A stretch of 64,000 nt of DNA from a bacterium. GTDB taxonomy: Bacteria; Zhuqueibacterota; Zhuqueibacteria; Residuimicrobiales; Krinioviventaceae. The stretch lies in assembly GCA_963674595.2 (NCBI GenBank), contig CAXXFV010000013.1:1-64000 (forward strand), written 5' to 3'. This document shows, piece after piece, positions 1 to 9,807 of this stretch. The position numbers were made by a program, and so were the translations under genes. The notes beneath the pieces were generated by a model, which was given only the letters and a program-made list of their open reading frames with translations, searched no databases and was not told where the DNA came from. Every line of letters starts with the position of its first letter. The stretch's first letter is position 1.

Positions 1-302
1 GGATTGGGATAATTCTGCAGCAACCGGAAACCATTGGGTTTTTGCAGAGAATTATTTTCAACGCCTGCTGCACTTATTTGGATAGAATATTGGCCCAGTT
101 CATCTGTATAAGCGCTAAAGAAAACGATGGGATTAGGCTGATATATCAATCTGACAAACGCGTTCGCTACCGGTTCTGCTCCGTTACCCAAATATTTTGC
201 GCCGTTATCTGTCACGGTCCCATGAATTACGATTTGGGCAAAAACAGCTTGAACCAATACCATAAACAAGCTGAAAAACGTGAGAAAATTTCGTTTAAAC
301 AT
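1..302 (-). CDS. Secreted protein, partial (runs off left edge): signal peptide, carboxypeptidase-regulatory-like beta domain, then QNYPNP secretion/FlgD-type motif
   Basis: Manual translation from ATG at 302 (RBS AGGAGAG): MFKRNFLTFFSLFMVLVQAVFAQIVIHGTVTDNG...YTDELGQYSIQI...FRLLQNYPNP; open to the window edge; absent from the ORF track. Confidence 0.8.
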   Translation of the reverse strand, partial: MFKRNFLTFFSLFMVLVQAVFAQIVIHGTVTDNGAKYLGNGAEPVANAFVRLIYQPNPIVFFSAYTDELGQYSIQISAAGVENNSLQKPNGFRLLQNYPN

Positions 303-339
303 GTTTTCTCTCCTCATAAAAACCGGTGATTATTGATTA

Positions 340-680
340 CTGCCATCACTCCGCTCAGCGTCCGCCTTGAACCCGGGCCTTGAGCAAAGCCGAAAGACCA
401 CTCAAGGTGACATGCTTCAAAATCGTCTTCCTGTCATCCCGAGCGGAGTCGAGGGATGCTGCAGAACCAATGAAATAGGGATTTTATCCCCAATATAAAC
501 AAATTCCTTCCTTCATCACAATTCAGGATGATGACACTCAACGACGCTCCCGCTTCAGACTCGGTCCTTGAGCGAAGCCGAAAGGCGCTCAACATCCTCC
601 TGGAACCCGGGCCTTGAGCGGACCCGAAAGGCTGCTCAGAGACTTGTCTCCCCATAATCCCGAGTGAAAACGAGGGCCGT
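340..680. repeat. Intergenic REP-like palindrome mosaic
   Basis: GTCATCCCGAGCGGAGTCGAGGGA, CCCGGGCCTTGAGC..CGAAAGG x3, GAACCAATGAAA.GGGATTTTATCCCCAAT. Confidence 0.85.
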
Positions 681-723
681 TCAGGGATACACAAAACCTT
701 TGAACGAAAAAATCTAATATAAC

Positions 724-1287
724 TTATTGAATATGTCCAAGCTGAATACATAACAAAATACCCCAATAAGAACGTTCATTATTAATATTGGCATTAAGGT
801 TAATTCCAAATCCTAAAATGGGTGTAATAATAAATGTATTGGTATCGATTGAAAAGCCCAATGTATTAAATGGCAAACTTTGATAACTATAGGATTCTTC
901 TCCCGGTGTACCATACCATTTGCCACGGTCCACGCCTTTCACGAACCCAGGCCCAACAGCTACAGAAACATTATATACATCACCTTTAATACACTTACCG
1001 TAAAGCAAACTAATATCCGTAATATATTGTGCAGGTCTCGGTCCCTCCATAATAAACTCAATTAATCCAAGACACCTTAATGAAAATATGTTATTATTAA
1101 ATTGCAATGTCGGTATAATAGCAGCAGAAATTGTTGAATATTTTGGATACAAATCAGGATTCCTTCCCACCCCCAACGTTACCCAAAAATACTTTTCATG
1201 TGGCTGATGCAAAGGCGTTTCTGCTAGTGCAGGCAACACAAACACAGCCAGCAGGCAAAAGACAATTATCATACTTGTTTTTCTCAT
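724..1287 (-). CDS. Secreted hypothetical protein, probable small outer-membrane beta-barrel; paralog of 1378-1932
   Basis: Signal peptide, alternating hydrophobic strands, C-terminal ILLCIQLG. Confidence 0.7.
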   Translation of the reverse strand: MRKTSMIIVFCLLAVFVLPALAETPLHQPHEKYFWVTLGVGRNPDLYPKYSTISAAIIPTLQFNNNIFSLRCLGLIEFIMEGPRPAQYITDISLLYGKCIKGDVYNVSVAVGPGFVKGVDRGKWYGTPGEESYSYQSLPFNTLGFSIDTNTFIITPILGFGINLNANINNERSYWGILLCIQLGHIQ

Positions 1288-1377
1288 TCATATCCCAATT
1301 TTTTTAGGCCAATCTTGCCCCGAAATTCCACTCCAGGGCGATTAAAATTTAATGCAACATCACCGCATTTCAACGGA

Positions 1378-1932
1378 TTATCTTATTTTACCGAATTGAA
1401 GACAAAGTAAAAAGCCGTAAACATTCCATTCAGTATTAAAATTTGCAAACAAATATGTCCCCAATCCAAAACGCCGGGCCGTAAGAAATGCCTGCGCTTC
1501 AAGGGACAAACCCAGAGCATTGAATAGTATGTCTTCAAAAAGACAGCAGCCTAAAGGCTTGCCATGACGATGTCCTGTAATAAATCCGGGGCCAAAACCT
1601 GCACTGACAAGAGCGGCCTGGTCGGTAAAAAATTTTTTCCTGCCATATAATATTGAAAAATCCATTATATTTTCACTATTATATTCCATATCAAATTCAT
1701 AAAGATTTATAAACCTGTATGAAAAAATATTATTTTGACGGTAAAATGAGAAAATAATACCAATGTCAACAGGAAGTCCACCGTAAAGACCGAATATTTC
1801 GGGACTGGTTCCCAATCCCAACGTTAGCCATGAATGTTTATCATTTGGTTTATTCAAAGGTATTTCTGCATGTGTGGATGAAACAAACACAGCCAACAGG
1901 CAAAAGCCGATTATCGCACTTTTTCTTTTCAT
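1378..1932 (-). CDS. Secreted hypothetical protein, probable small outer-membrane beta-barrel; paralog of 724-1287
   Basis: Shared FCLLAVFV...WxTLGxG, NNIFS, DxSxLYG, GPGFxxG and LLCxQxG motifs. Confidence 0.7.
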   Translation of the reverse strand: MKRKSAIIGFCLLAVFVSSTHAEIPLNKPNDKHSWLTLGLGTSPEIFGLYGGLPVDIGIIFSFYRQNNIFSYRFINLYEFDMEYNSENIMDFSILYGRKKFFTDQAALVSAGFGPGFITGHRHGKPLGCCLFEDILFNALGLSLEAQAFLTARRFGLGTYLFANFNTEWNVYGFLLCLQFGKIR

Positions 1933-2029
1933 TTAAACCCGATTGTTTTATAAAATTCTTATATTCGAGCAACTCTACCCTGCAAAAAATTCGCAGGGTG
2001 AAAAAATTGCAGGGTTTAACAACGATCAT

Positions 2030-2410
2030 CACTGTAAGAGGTCGCCTCTACGCTTTAATTTACGCTCCCGTCATCCCGAACCTTAACAATGTCTGTGATT
2101 GTATATATCTACAAAAAACATGCCCTGTTTACTCTCTCCGCTCGACAACGTTCCCGCTTCGACTCGGTCCTTGAGCGGAGCCGAAAGGCCCATAAAAAAC
2201 CTGCTCTCCCGGGGGTTCCGCCCCCCTGGGAGCAAAATAAATCAGGGCTTCTGCCCGGATCCGTTCTCAAATAACGGGCCCATATTAATATTTACATCAT
2301 TAACCCTTTGCTTTACCGGGATAAATACCCCGCCAAATCGCGCCTTGAAATTTCCAGAGTCGGCAAAACCACCCTCTGCGGCTCTGCGTTTAAACAAATG
2401 CACAACATCC
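2030..2410. repeat. Intergenic REP-like palindrome mosaic
   Basis: CCTTGAGCGGAGCCGAAAGGCC, CAGGGC..TGCCCGGATCCGTTCTCAAATAACGGGCCCATATT, GGATAAATACCCCGCC, CTCTGCGGCTCTGCG modules. Confidence 0.8.
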
Positions 2411-2456
2411 CAAAAAACGTTACTCGTCTTGTCATTCATTTCTAAAGCGAACAAAT

Positions 2457-3080
2457 TTAATTTGAACACTGCCCATTTCTATTTATTGCAAAAACTATTA
2501 CTGAATTTGGCAGTATAGTTAATTTACTTTCCTTTTTTTTCAGCTCTTCAATACATCTATTATTCTCATCAGTGTTACGTAAAAGATACTGCCAATTGGA
2601 TAAATCAATTGGTTCATTAATTTTTAAAATCAGGTATTCATACTCTTTTTCGGCAATATAATAATAATCCAAACCTTCAATGACCCGAAAACAGCCGCCA
2701 TCAAGATTTGATTTAGAGTATTCAACATTATCTAGTGTGATGGTAATTTCATTAGCCCATGCATAGGTTGAATAGGTTAATTTCGTTTTACCTCTTGTCG
2801 TAACTCCGCCGTATCTCTTCCAACTAATATCATACACTTTATCTTCATCAGGTATTATATTTAAATCTGCCTTGCTACCCTGAAAATCAAGGAGGACAGT
2901 GTTATTATCTGCTGTCTTAATTATTATAATACCATTAATTGTTCCCATAAAGTTGCCTGTTTCCATATCTTTAAAAACAGTATCAAATTCTTTAGACTCG
3001 TTATATATCTCGCCCAGGGCAAAAATCCTAACAATGTCAGTGAATAGTAAAATAAGCGATAACAACAGTATTCGTTTCAT
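2457..3080 (-). CDS. Hypothetical secreted protein
   Basis: 207 aa ORF with N-terminal signal-like segment. Confidence 0.7.
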   Translation of the reverse strand: MKRILLLSLILLFTDIVRIFALGEIYNESKEFDTVFKDMETGNFMGTINGIIIIKTADNNTVLLDFQGSKADLNIIPDEDKVYDISWKRYGGVTTRGKTKLTYSTYAWANEITITLDNVEYSKSNLDGGCFRVIEGLDYYYIAEKEYEYLILKINEPIDLSNWQYLLRNTDENNRCIEELKKKESKLTILPNSVIVFAINRNGQCSN

Positions 3081-3219
3081 AATGATGTGCTCACAAATTA
3101 TATCTTAAAAAATTCCCAATAATCATCAGCAGTAATATTTTTAATTAATTGATGGACCCGAATCACGAATCCAATCTACCACGGTAACACAAACAACAAT
3201 ATTAGTCCTCTTGTTCAAT

Positions 3220-3645
3220 CTAATCCTCTAAAAGATTTTTGATAACTAGAAATTCTTTTAATTCTTTATATCTACTGCATAGATCATTATCTATTATAAA
3301 CTTTTTTTTCAGTGTACTAAATCTGAACACCAGCCTATAATCGGATTTTGTCAGGAGATTCGGTACGGCTTTTTCTTTTACTGACAAATCATATATATTA
3401 AATTCATTTTTTCTTAAAATCTGATATATAATAATTTTTTCATCCTTAATTTCAATTTTGATAATATATTGAATAATATATGATATAGTATAAAAAACAG
3501 ACAATAGAAAACACCCTAAATAGACTATTAAAGAATGACTATTAGTAGCTAAAAAATTAGTTAGAATTACAACGAAATTATAAAAAATAATAGATAAAAA
3601 AATAGCAATCCAGTTAATATCCTTAAAATAAAATACTTTTTTCAT
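3220..3645 (-). CDS. Hypothetical membrane protein (2 TM plus small soluble domain)
   Basis: 141 aa, two hydrophobic helices, very AT-rich. Confidence 0.65.
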   Translation of the reverse strand: MKKVFYFKDINWIAIFLSIIFYNFVVILTNFLATNSHSLIVYLGCFLLSVFYTISYIIQYIIKIEIKDEKIIIYQILRKNEFNIYDLSVKEKAVPNLLTKSDYRLVFRFSTLKKKFIIDNDLCSRYKELKEFLVIKNLLED

Positions 3646-3797
3646 TTTGCTAATACTTTCTTTTGTAATGCTTATCTTTGAACTTGAGAAAAGGGCCCAA
3701 AATACACTCCGGCCAACAGGGATTTCATCCCAAACGGTTTAAACCCGCCACTATTGATTAATAGTAAAACTCCAAATTAATTACTTTAATAGCAAAA

Positions 3798-3856
3798 TAA
3801 TCGATTTAAAATAAAAATTTATCGTTTTACAATAAATTTTTATTGCATTATGATAT
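3798..3856 (+). promoter_or_regulatory. Three 21-bp-spaced imperfect palindromes, putative operator array for the downstream XRE regulator
   Basis: TAATCGATTTAAAATAA (3798), TTATCGTTTTACAATAA (3819), TTATTGCATTATGATAT (3840). Confidence 0.5.
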
Positions 3857-3919
3857 TTTTCTTTGTATGTTAGTCTTACAAATGGATTTCAAAATCATAA
3901 ATAAATTGGGAGAAATAAT

Positions 3920-4522
3920 ATGATTGAAAATGAAAAATCAATGTCCACTTTAATCAAAACAGTATTATTCATTCTGTTTTATTCCTTTATAATTTTAATA
4001 GTTGGAAGTTTTTTATATAATTCATTCCTGTTAATTTCTCCAAAAGATTACAGAATTGAATTAAGAATCAAAGACAATAAAATTATTAAACCGGACATTA
4101 ATATCACAATCGATAAATGGAATAAAATACCTGGTTATCTTCAAAGAACAATAATTATGAGAACAAACCTTCCAGCGTTACTTTCTTTTATTGCAGGTCT
4201 CTTTGTAATATTCTTCTTGAGAAAGTTATATAAAGAAATATTATCAACAAAGAATTTTAGCATTATAAATGCAAAATACTTGAACAGAATTGGATTGGCA
4301 GCGCTGTTATATACGGTAATTAATTTTACAATAAATTTGATATTAAACCTGATTATCTCATTTAACAGCTATACACCCGCATCAGACAATATTCATGTGT
4401 CATCACGCCTTTTTCCTAAATTCAATTTTCAGCTTTTAATTTTCGGGCTAATTATCGTTGTTATATCAGATGTCTATTTAAAAGTAACTGAAATTCAGGA
4501 TGACTTGAAATTAACTATATAA
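3920..4522 (+). CDS. DUF2975-like membrane protein
   Basis: 4 TM, FSxxNAKYLxRIG, C-terminal EIQDDLKLTI; typical pairing with the downstream HTH gene. Confidence 0.8.
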   Translation: MIENEKSMSTLIKTVLFILFYSFIILIVGSFLYNSFLLISPKDYRIELRIKDNKIIKPDINITIDKWNKIPGYLQRTIIMRTNLPALLSFIAGLFVIFFLRKLYKEILSTKNFSIINAKYLNRIGLAALLYTVINFTINLILNLIISFNSYTPASDNIHVSSRLFPKFNFQLLIFGLIIVVISDVYLKVTEIQDDLKLTI

Positions 4523-4533
4523 AGAATATTAAT

Positions 4534-4749
4534 ATGAGTATAGATATACGTTTAGATGTTGTCATGGCCAAAAAGCGAATAAAGTTAAATGAACTCGCAC
4601 CAAAAGTGGGAATTACGGAAGCTAATTTATCAATATTGAAAAACAACAAGGCAAAAGCTATTCGATTAACGACTTTAAACGCTTTATGTAGAGAATTGGA
4701 ATGTAAACCAGGCGATTTAATTGAATATGTTCCAGATAATATAGAATAA
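4534..4749 (+). CDS. XRE/Cro-C1 HTH transcriptional regulator (YozG/HTH_26 type)
   Basis: LNELAPKVGITEANLSILKNNKAKAIRLTTLNALCRELECKPGDL. Confidence 0.92.
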   Translation: MSIDIRLDVVMAKKRIKLNELAPKVGITEANLSILKNNKAKAIRLTTLNALCRELECKPGDLIEYVPDNIE

Positions 4750-4759
4750 ATTTAATTTC

Positions 4760-5300
4760 CGTTGACAGTCCAAGGATTCTCCGCTCAACTTAACTTTCGC
4801 TTCGACTCCGCTCAGCGTCCGCGTATGATCCGTGCCTTGAGCGGAGCCGAAAGGCCCGTGAAAAACCTGCCCCGCTCGCAGTGGATTTGCAATCCCCTGC
4901 GGAACCAATGAGCCGATCGTCCAAGGGTTCATACCCTTGGACGGATTAACAAAAGGGCTTTGCCCTTCTGTGCAAACAGTCTCTATGTATAGTTATAATG
5001 TGCAAAGGCCAAGCCTTTACTTTTTTACGCCCAGAGGTAGGAACCTCTGGGCGATCATAATTTCTCACAATGTTCACAAAGCTCACAAAGGATGATTTTA
5101 ACTATGATTTCTTTGTGTGCCTTGTGTGCTTTGTGAGGGCTTAAATAAACCTGCGGAACCAATGAAATCGGGAATTTATCCCTATTTTAAACAAACTCCA
5201 TCCTTCGCCTGCGCTCAGGATGAGGACACGCTTCCACTCCGCTCAGCGTACACTTATGGTCCAGGCCTTGAACCAAGCTGAAAGGCCCATACAAAACCTT
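4760..5300. repeat. Intergenic REP-like palindrome mosaic
   Basis: CGCTCGCAG.GGATTTGCAATCCCCTGCGG, CCAAGGGTTCATACCCTTGG, CCCAGAGGTAGGAACCTCTGGG, CTCACAA...TTGTGAG modules. Confidence 0.9.
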
Positions 5301-5307
5301 AAAACTG

Positions 5308-5772
5308 TCAGGCCGTCTTAATTTTTTTCAATTCTATATACTCTTCGAGTCTCTGTTTAAACTCTTGATGTTCTTTATACAGCAAATCGCCCAGTTCCAT
5401 TTCCTGGGTATTTCCATTTTTTAACTTAAACCGGACTTTTAACGCGCTAACGGTTACGGATTCTATATCGCCCCATTTAATTTCCAATTCTTTATATTTG
5501 GGAAATGTGCTAAACTTGTCGGCAACCCTGGATGCAACGCCGGTGTCATCCAAAGAGATGTAACGACGCTTTATTACTTTTCTATAAATTATGGCGTATC
5601 CCAATGTAATAACGCCGCCCAATATGTAAAAAATGCTGGGACCACTGAATGGTTTTAAAATAATGATTAATCCGATTGCCAAATAAACAGCACCCGTTAT
5701 ACCAAAAAACAATTGCCTTTTTGTATCGCTTTTTGGGTTGGTTTCATTCAGGTAAAATTTTAAACTTTCCAT
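5308..5772 (-). CDS. Hypothetical membrane protein (2 TM plus PH-like domain)
   Basis: RBS GGAGG; 154 aa; IKWGDIESV motif. Confidence 0.75.
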   Translation of the reverse strand: MESLKFYLNETNPKSDTKRQLFFGITGAVYLAIGLIIILKPFSGPSIFYILGGVITLGYAIIYRKVIKRRYISLDDTGVASRVADKFSTFPKYKELEIKWGDIESVTVSALKVRFKLKNGNTQEMELGDLLYKEHQEFKQRLEEYIELKKIKTA

Positions 5773-5871
5773 ATCTCCACCTCCATTACTTGTAACAATT
5801 CTTTAGCATTTAATTCAGCGTTCACACACGCAATTTACCGCATCGTTATATAATATTTTGTCATTATTCTT

Positions 5872-7155
5872 TTATACCTTGGGTACAATGGCCCCGAACT
5901 TCCGGAGCGTTTCCCGAATGTCTTTTAACGGCACATCAATCGGCGTGGTGCCTGTTGCCGCAGCCAGCGCAGCAGCCGCACCTGCGGCTTGTCCCATGGC
6001 CATGCAGGACGCCTGTACACGAAGCCCCGAGTTTGCCAAACGATCGCTGGAAACACACCGGCCTGCTACTAAAATATCGCTACTACCCTTGGGCACCAGC
6101 GCACTCAAGGGAACAGTCGGCACTGTGCCCCGGCTCAATGGTTTGGGTTTAACACCGTCTCTGGTGTGCAGGTCCACCGGATAAAAGGCGTAACACACCG
6201 CATCTTCAAACACGCGCCCCGACGTATAATCATCAACGGTTATGATGGTTTCACCCTCAATACGAAAGCTTTCGCGAAAACCGGCCTCGGGCTGCAAATG
6301 CATCAATCTTTTATTTGAAGAGCGGATTTTGGCCAAAAGGTCCCTGCGGCCTTTTAAATTTGCCGCCGTTACGGTGCGGGCGTTCGACGAGTCTGCCCCA
6401 TGAATATACAGAGAATCAATCACACCGGCCCGGCCGACTTGATAGGGACTGCCCAAACAAAAAAGCAAAGAGCCGGGCTGGGTTTCATCTCCACGAAACC
6501 GGGGCAAATTCAGCATACCCGCCACTTCAGCGCCGCCGGTGCAGTCAATGATCTGTTTGCACAAAACCCGGCGCCGGGTTCCAAATCCTGCACAATCCAC
6601 CTGCCGGCCATCGGATTTTTTAAGGATAGAGATCGGGGACTCGTAATAAGCAATCTCAACGCCGGCCTGCCCGCACTTTTCTTCTGCAAGCAGAGGGTAA
6701 AGAAACTGGTTAATTTTAACCTGGTTCATCCAGTGCCGTTCCGGCACCCTGGAAAAATCGGGCAGCGTTCCGCCATCCAGTTCTACGCACTCTTTAACCA
6801 GCTCCCAGCCAATGCCTGCAATAATCTGTTTGCCCCAGGCATCAAAAAGACCGGGAAAAGCAACGCCGCCGGTTGTTGCGGTGCCGCCCAGTTGCGTACC
6901 GCGCTCCACAATCAGCGTTTTCGCGCCCGCTCTGGCGGATTGAATAGCGGCAATGGTCCCGGCGGTACCGCCGCCGACAACAAGCACGTCCACCTGGTTC
7001 GTTATACTTTCCTTCTCCCTCTCCGGTTGGGACATGGAAACCGATTCAGCGCTCACACCGGCCGCAGACGATCCGGCCAGGGCCATACCCGCAGCAGAAT
7101 AGTTTATAAACTCTCGTCTTCCCATGCGGCTGTTTTTCATATTGTCTTGCTCCAT
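5872..7155 (-). CDS. Tat-exported FAD-dependent oxidoreductase (FAD_oxidored family)
   Basis: GRREFI twin-arginine motif, DVLVVGGGTAG..AA..AR.GA, IDCTG, LVAGRCVS, RVQASCMAMGQAAG. Confidence 0.9.
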   Translation of the reverse strand: MEQDNMKNSRMGRREFINYSAAGMALAGSSAAGVSAESVSMSQPEREKESITNQVDVLVVGGGTAGTIAAIQSARAGAKTLIVERGTQLGGTATTGGVAFPGLFDAWGKQIIAGIGWELVKECVELDGGTLPDFSRVPERHWMNQVKINQFLYPLLAEEKCGQAGVEIAYYESPISILKKSDGRQVDCAGFGTRRRVLCKQIIDCTGGAEVAGMLNLPRFRGDETQPGSLLFCLGSPYQVGRAGVIDSLYIHGADSSNARTVTAANLKGRRDLLAKIRSSNKRLMHLQPEAGFRESFRIEGETIITVDDYTSGRVFEDAVCYAFYPVDLHTRDGVKPKPLSRGTVPTVPLSALVPKGSSDILVAGRCVSSDRLANSGLRVQASCMAMGQAAGAAAALAAATGTTPIDVPLKDIRETLRKFGAIVPKV

Positions 7156-7301
7156 ATTCTCATTGATAATATATTTTTACCCGACCTGTGAATGTTCCCT
7201 GAACCAGCATTTTCCCAAGATACGCAACTCTACCCTTTACGTCAACTGAATGTTTATTTAAGCAGGAATCCAGTTTCCTTGCTTTTTCCTTATTATATTT
7301 C

Positions 7302-7994
7302 TTAAAAAATATCTAAAAAACGCAGATATACAGGCGGCCACCTTTTTGATTTAAATACTTTTTTTCGCATTGTGACGTTTAAAGAATCTGGTTTTGGTGA
7401 ATATTCGCGAAATCGATACTCTTCGATTTCTCCTTTAACTAATCCTTTTTTAATTATAAAAGTAGAATCGTTTTTAATAATGCCTGTTTTCTCTACTAAT
7501 GTCCTATAAACAGGATCGCCGCCGCCACTAAAGTCAAAATACACAATTTTTATAGTATCCTGGTTAATAGAATATCGTCCCCAACCAACTAAATCTTTTC
7601 CAGTTTTTCCAGAAAATTCATGCATAACTTTATAAAGTGCTTTATGCGCATGTTCATATGTATTATATTCTAAAGTTAATTTTTTTTCATTATCCTTATG
7701 GGGATTTATTTCATCTTGCCTGTAACTACTTGGCCCGGAAATACTCCAACCGAAAGTATTAACAGTACCATCTTGATAAAACATAATCGGTTTTATGACC
7801 CTCTCATTATTACAAATACCAGAGTTTGCTGTATACTTATAATAATAATAGCCATTAATACGGATAGATTTATATGCCATCTGTTTATTATTGCTAAAAT
7901 CGACAAATTTGTTTCTATTAACAATAATGGCACAGGAATTAACAACCAGCATTATAAAAACAAGTAACAAAACTCTTACTGCATTGGCTTTCAT
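7302..7994 (-). CDS. Hypothetical lipoprotein; distant paralog of 62276-62827
   Basis: Lipobox-like VNSC; FYQDG, WGRYSINQDTI, GIIKNDSTFII. Confidence 0.75.
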   Translation of the reverse strand: MKANAVRVLLLVFIMLVVNSCAIIVNRNKFVDFSNNKQMAYKSIRINGYYYYKYTANSGICNNERVIKPIMFYQDGTVNTFGWSISGPSSYRQDEINPHKDNEKKLTLEYNTYEHAHKALYKVMHEFSGKTGKDLVGWGRYSINQDTIKIVYFDFSGGGDPVYRTLVEKTGIIKNDSTFIIKKGLVKGEIEEYRFREYSPKPDSLNVTMRKKVFKSKRWPPVYLRFLDIF

Positions 7995-8099
7995 TTTAAA
8001 CTCTAATAATATAAAAAACTTGGCATCTGACTACTATGGTGACAATATGTTCGGCTTTTTATTGGCTTATCAGCAATGATGAGAGGAGGACCAAAAATT

Positions 8100-8500
8100 T
8101 CATGCTCGCCCCGGAAATGTTTTCCGGGGGGTTAAATAAACCAAGGCATCTTGCCCGGATCTGTTCTAAATAAACAGTTAGATATTAAAATTCACATCAT
8201 TGAACATCAAGCTCGCTCGCAGGGGATTTGCAATCCCCTGCGGAACCAATGAAACAGGGATTATATCCCCAATGTACACAAACTCTCTCCCTTGGCTCCG
8301 CTCAGGATGACACCGCTCACCTTAATCTCTCACAATGTTCACAAAGGATGATTTTAACTATGATTTCTTTGTGTGCTTTGTGAGGGTTTAAATAAACCAG
8401 GGTATTTTGTCCTGATCAATTTTCAAACGATGGGCCCATATTGATCAGCAAACCTTGGTTTATCGGGGTAAATACCCGCCTGATTTACGCCCTGAGAAAG
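8100..8500. repeat. Intergenic REP-like palindrome mosaic
   Basis: GCCCCGGAAA..TTCCGGGG, GCAGGGGATTTGCAATCCCCTGC, CTCACAA..TTGTGAG, GGGGTAAATACCC modules. Confidence 0.9.
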
Positions 8501-8534
8501 GTTAAGGCGAGCTGAACATCTGAACCATCACTTA

Positions 8535-9173
8535 TTATGGCCCCATTGAATAAACCCATCCTTTAGATCGGATAAAGTTAACATGAGGAAAATAAATCTT
8601 TTCATTTTCAATTTCAATTCCATCAATATATAAAACAAATGATCGAATCATCTCGGTTTTAAAATTAAATTGCGCAACAACACTTTTATTAGACGAATCG
8701 CTAATTGTAATTTCAGAACTCTTTTGAAGATTATGCCTATAAAACGTTGAAATTGAATCACAGAAAATAGGATTTTTCATGTCATCCAATTTTATATATA
8801 GTTTGCTCGTATTCCATTTTATTTCTTTCCCATTTGGTTTAAATTCAAAATGAACTTTAATTTTACCATCACCGAAATTAATATCGTTGAACCATCCTAA
8901 CGGCAAAGGAATTATTGGAAAGAATGCTGGTCCTATTGAAACAAGTTTACTTTTATATTGATATACAAAAAGTTCAATTTCAATATTTTCACGAGTAATA
9001 TTGATATGATCAGCCGGACCTGAAATAGGCTTTGGGAATTCAGGAATAAAGCCCTGACGTGATTCTTTTAAACCCTCTCCTGATGGTGAAAAGTAATATT
9101 CAATTCCGGTCACAGAACATTCCAAAGATAATATAAATATTAATAATAAAGATAAATAAAATGAATATTTCAC
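8535..9173 (-). CDS. Hypothetical lipoprotein, cassette-like
   Basis: GTG start with AAGGA RBS, LEC lipobox-like; preceded by GTTAGGGC (9206-9213) and followed by GCCTTAAC (8501-8508) on the minus strand. Confidence 0.7.
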   Translation of the reverse strand: MKYSFYLSLLLIFILSLECSVTGIEYYFSPSGEGLKESRQGFIPEFPKPISGPADHINITRENIEIELFVYQYKSKLVSIGPAFFPIIPLPLGWFNDINFGDGKIKVHFEFKPNGKEIKWNTSKLYIKLDDMKNPIFCDSISTFYRHNLQKSSEITISDSSNKSVVAQFNFKTEMIRSFVLYIDGIEIENEKIYFPHVNFIRSKGWVYSMGP

Positions 9174-9318
9174 CTGTTATCCTTCTGTATGTTGATATTA
9201 TCTCAGCCCTAACGCCAAGTTGCATGGTACAGTTTTACAGCACCGTTTAATTACTTTTTCATTCTTAATCATGCAATGGTGCGGTAGAACCGGCACCCTG
9301 CTGCTGATAGCACTATAC

Positions 9319-9363
9319 CTCTAACGCTTGGTTTAACCTGCAAGATGGAACGCCTTGTCGGAG
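9319..9363 (-). other. Short, degenerate attC-like site
   Basis: Minus strand: CTCCGAC-AAGGC-GTTCCATC-TTGCA-GGTTAAA-CCAAGC-GTTAGAG, 12 bp after the stop of 9376-9681. Confidence 0.45.
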
Positions 9364-9375
9364 CTGAAACTTTTG

Positions 9376-9681
9376 TCAAGTGTCTTTTGGGCTATTTACT
9401 TCCCAAAAGCACAAATATTCAGGGTCAACAACAACTTCTCCAGTAGATTTTAACTCATAATCCCCTGGATCAGCTTTTTCAAATGCCGATAAATCCGGCG
9501 GTAATGTAAAATCATAGCTGTCATTCTTTAGCCGGATATGTACTACATCGTCCATAGATTCAAAATATCCATGGAATTGTTTTTGTTCTTCTATATTGCC
9601 ATCAGCATCCAGATAAGTAATGCCGATTAGAACATATTTACCAATTAATTCTTCAAGAGTTGGAGTAGTATCTTCATTCAT
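9376..9681 (-). CDS. Small acidic hypothetical protein, cassette-like
   Basis: 101 aa; GTTAGGTG 9 bp upstream of ATG; attC-like site downstream. Confidence 0.75.
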   Translation of the reverse strand: MNEDTTPTLEELIGKYVLIGITYLDADGNIEEQKQFHGYFESMDDVVHIRLKNDSYDFTLPPDLSAFEKADPGDYELKSTGEVVVDPEYLCFWEVNSPKDT

Positions 9682-9807
9682 TATTTTTCACACCTAACAT
9701 AGTTTTAATACACTTCTATATCCGTATTTACAGCGGCTGTATTTAGCCACTATTATATTGTTTTATCAGCCACGATTTTGCCCTGATCAATGTTTTACGA
9801 GTACGAC

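Noticed and set aside
434-766. Short ORFs over intergenic mosaics (also 2099-2518, 4717-4932, 11388-11948, 22927-23445, 35330-35578, 39061-39321, 42319-42590, 54973-55220)
   Set aside because: They translate repeat modules (recurring VIPSGVEG, GIANPLRA, LRSRT peptides) and are not credible genes.
1969-1981. GCAACTCTACCCT shared with 7224-7236
   Set aside because: Only 13 bp and two copies. The second lies in a plausible TTGACG-N17-TATCTT promoter spacer, so this is insufficient evidence for a motif.
6400-7191. 263-aa plus-strand ORF
   Set aside because: It is the antisense shadow of the FAD oxidoreductase and has no recognisable motifs.
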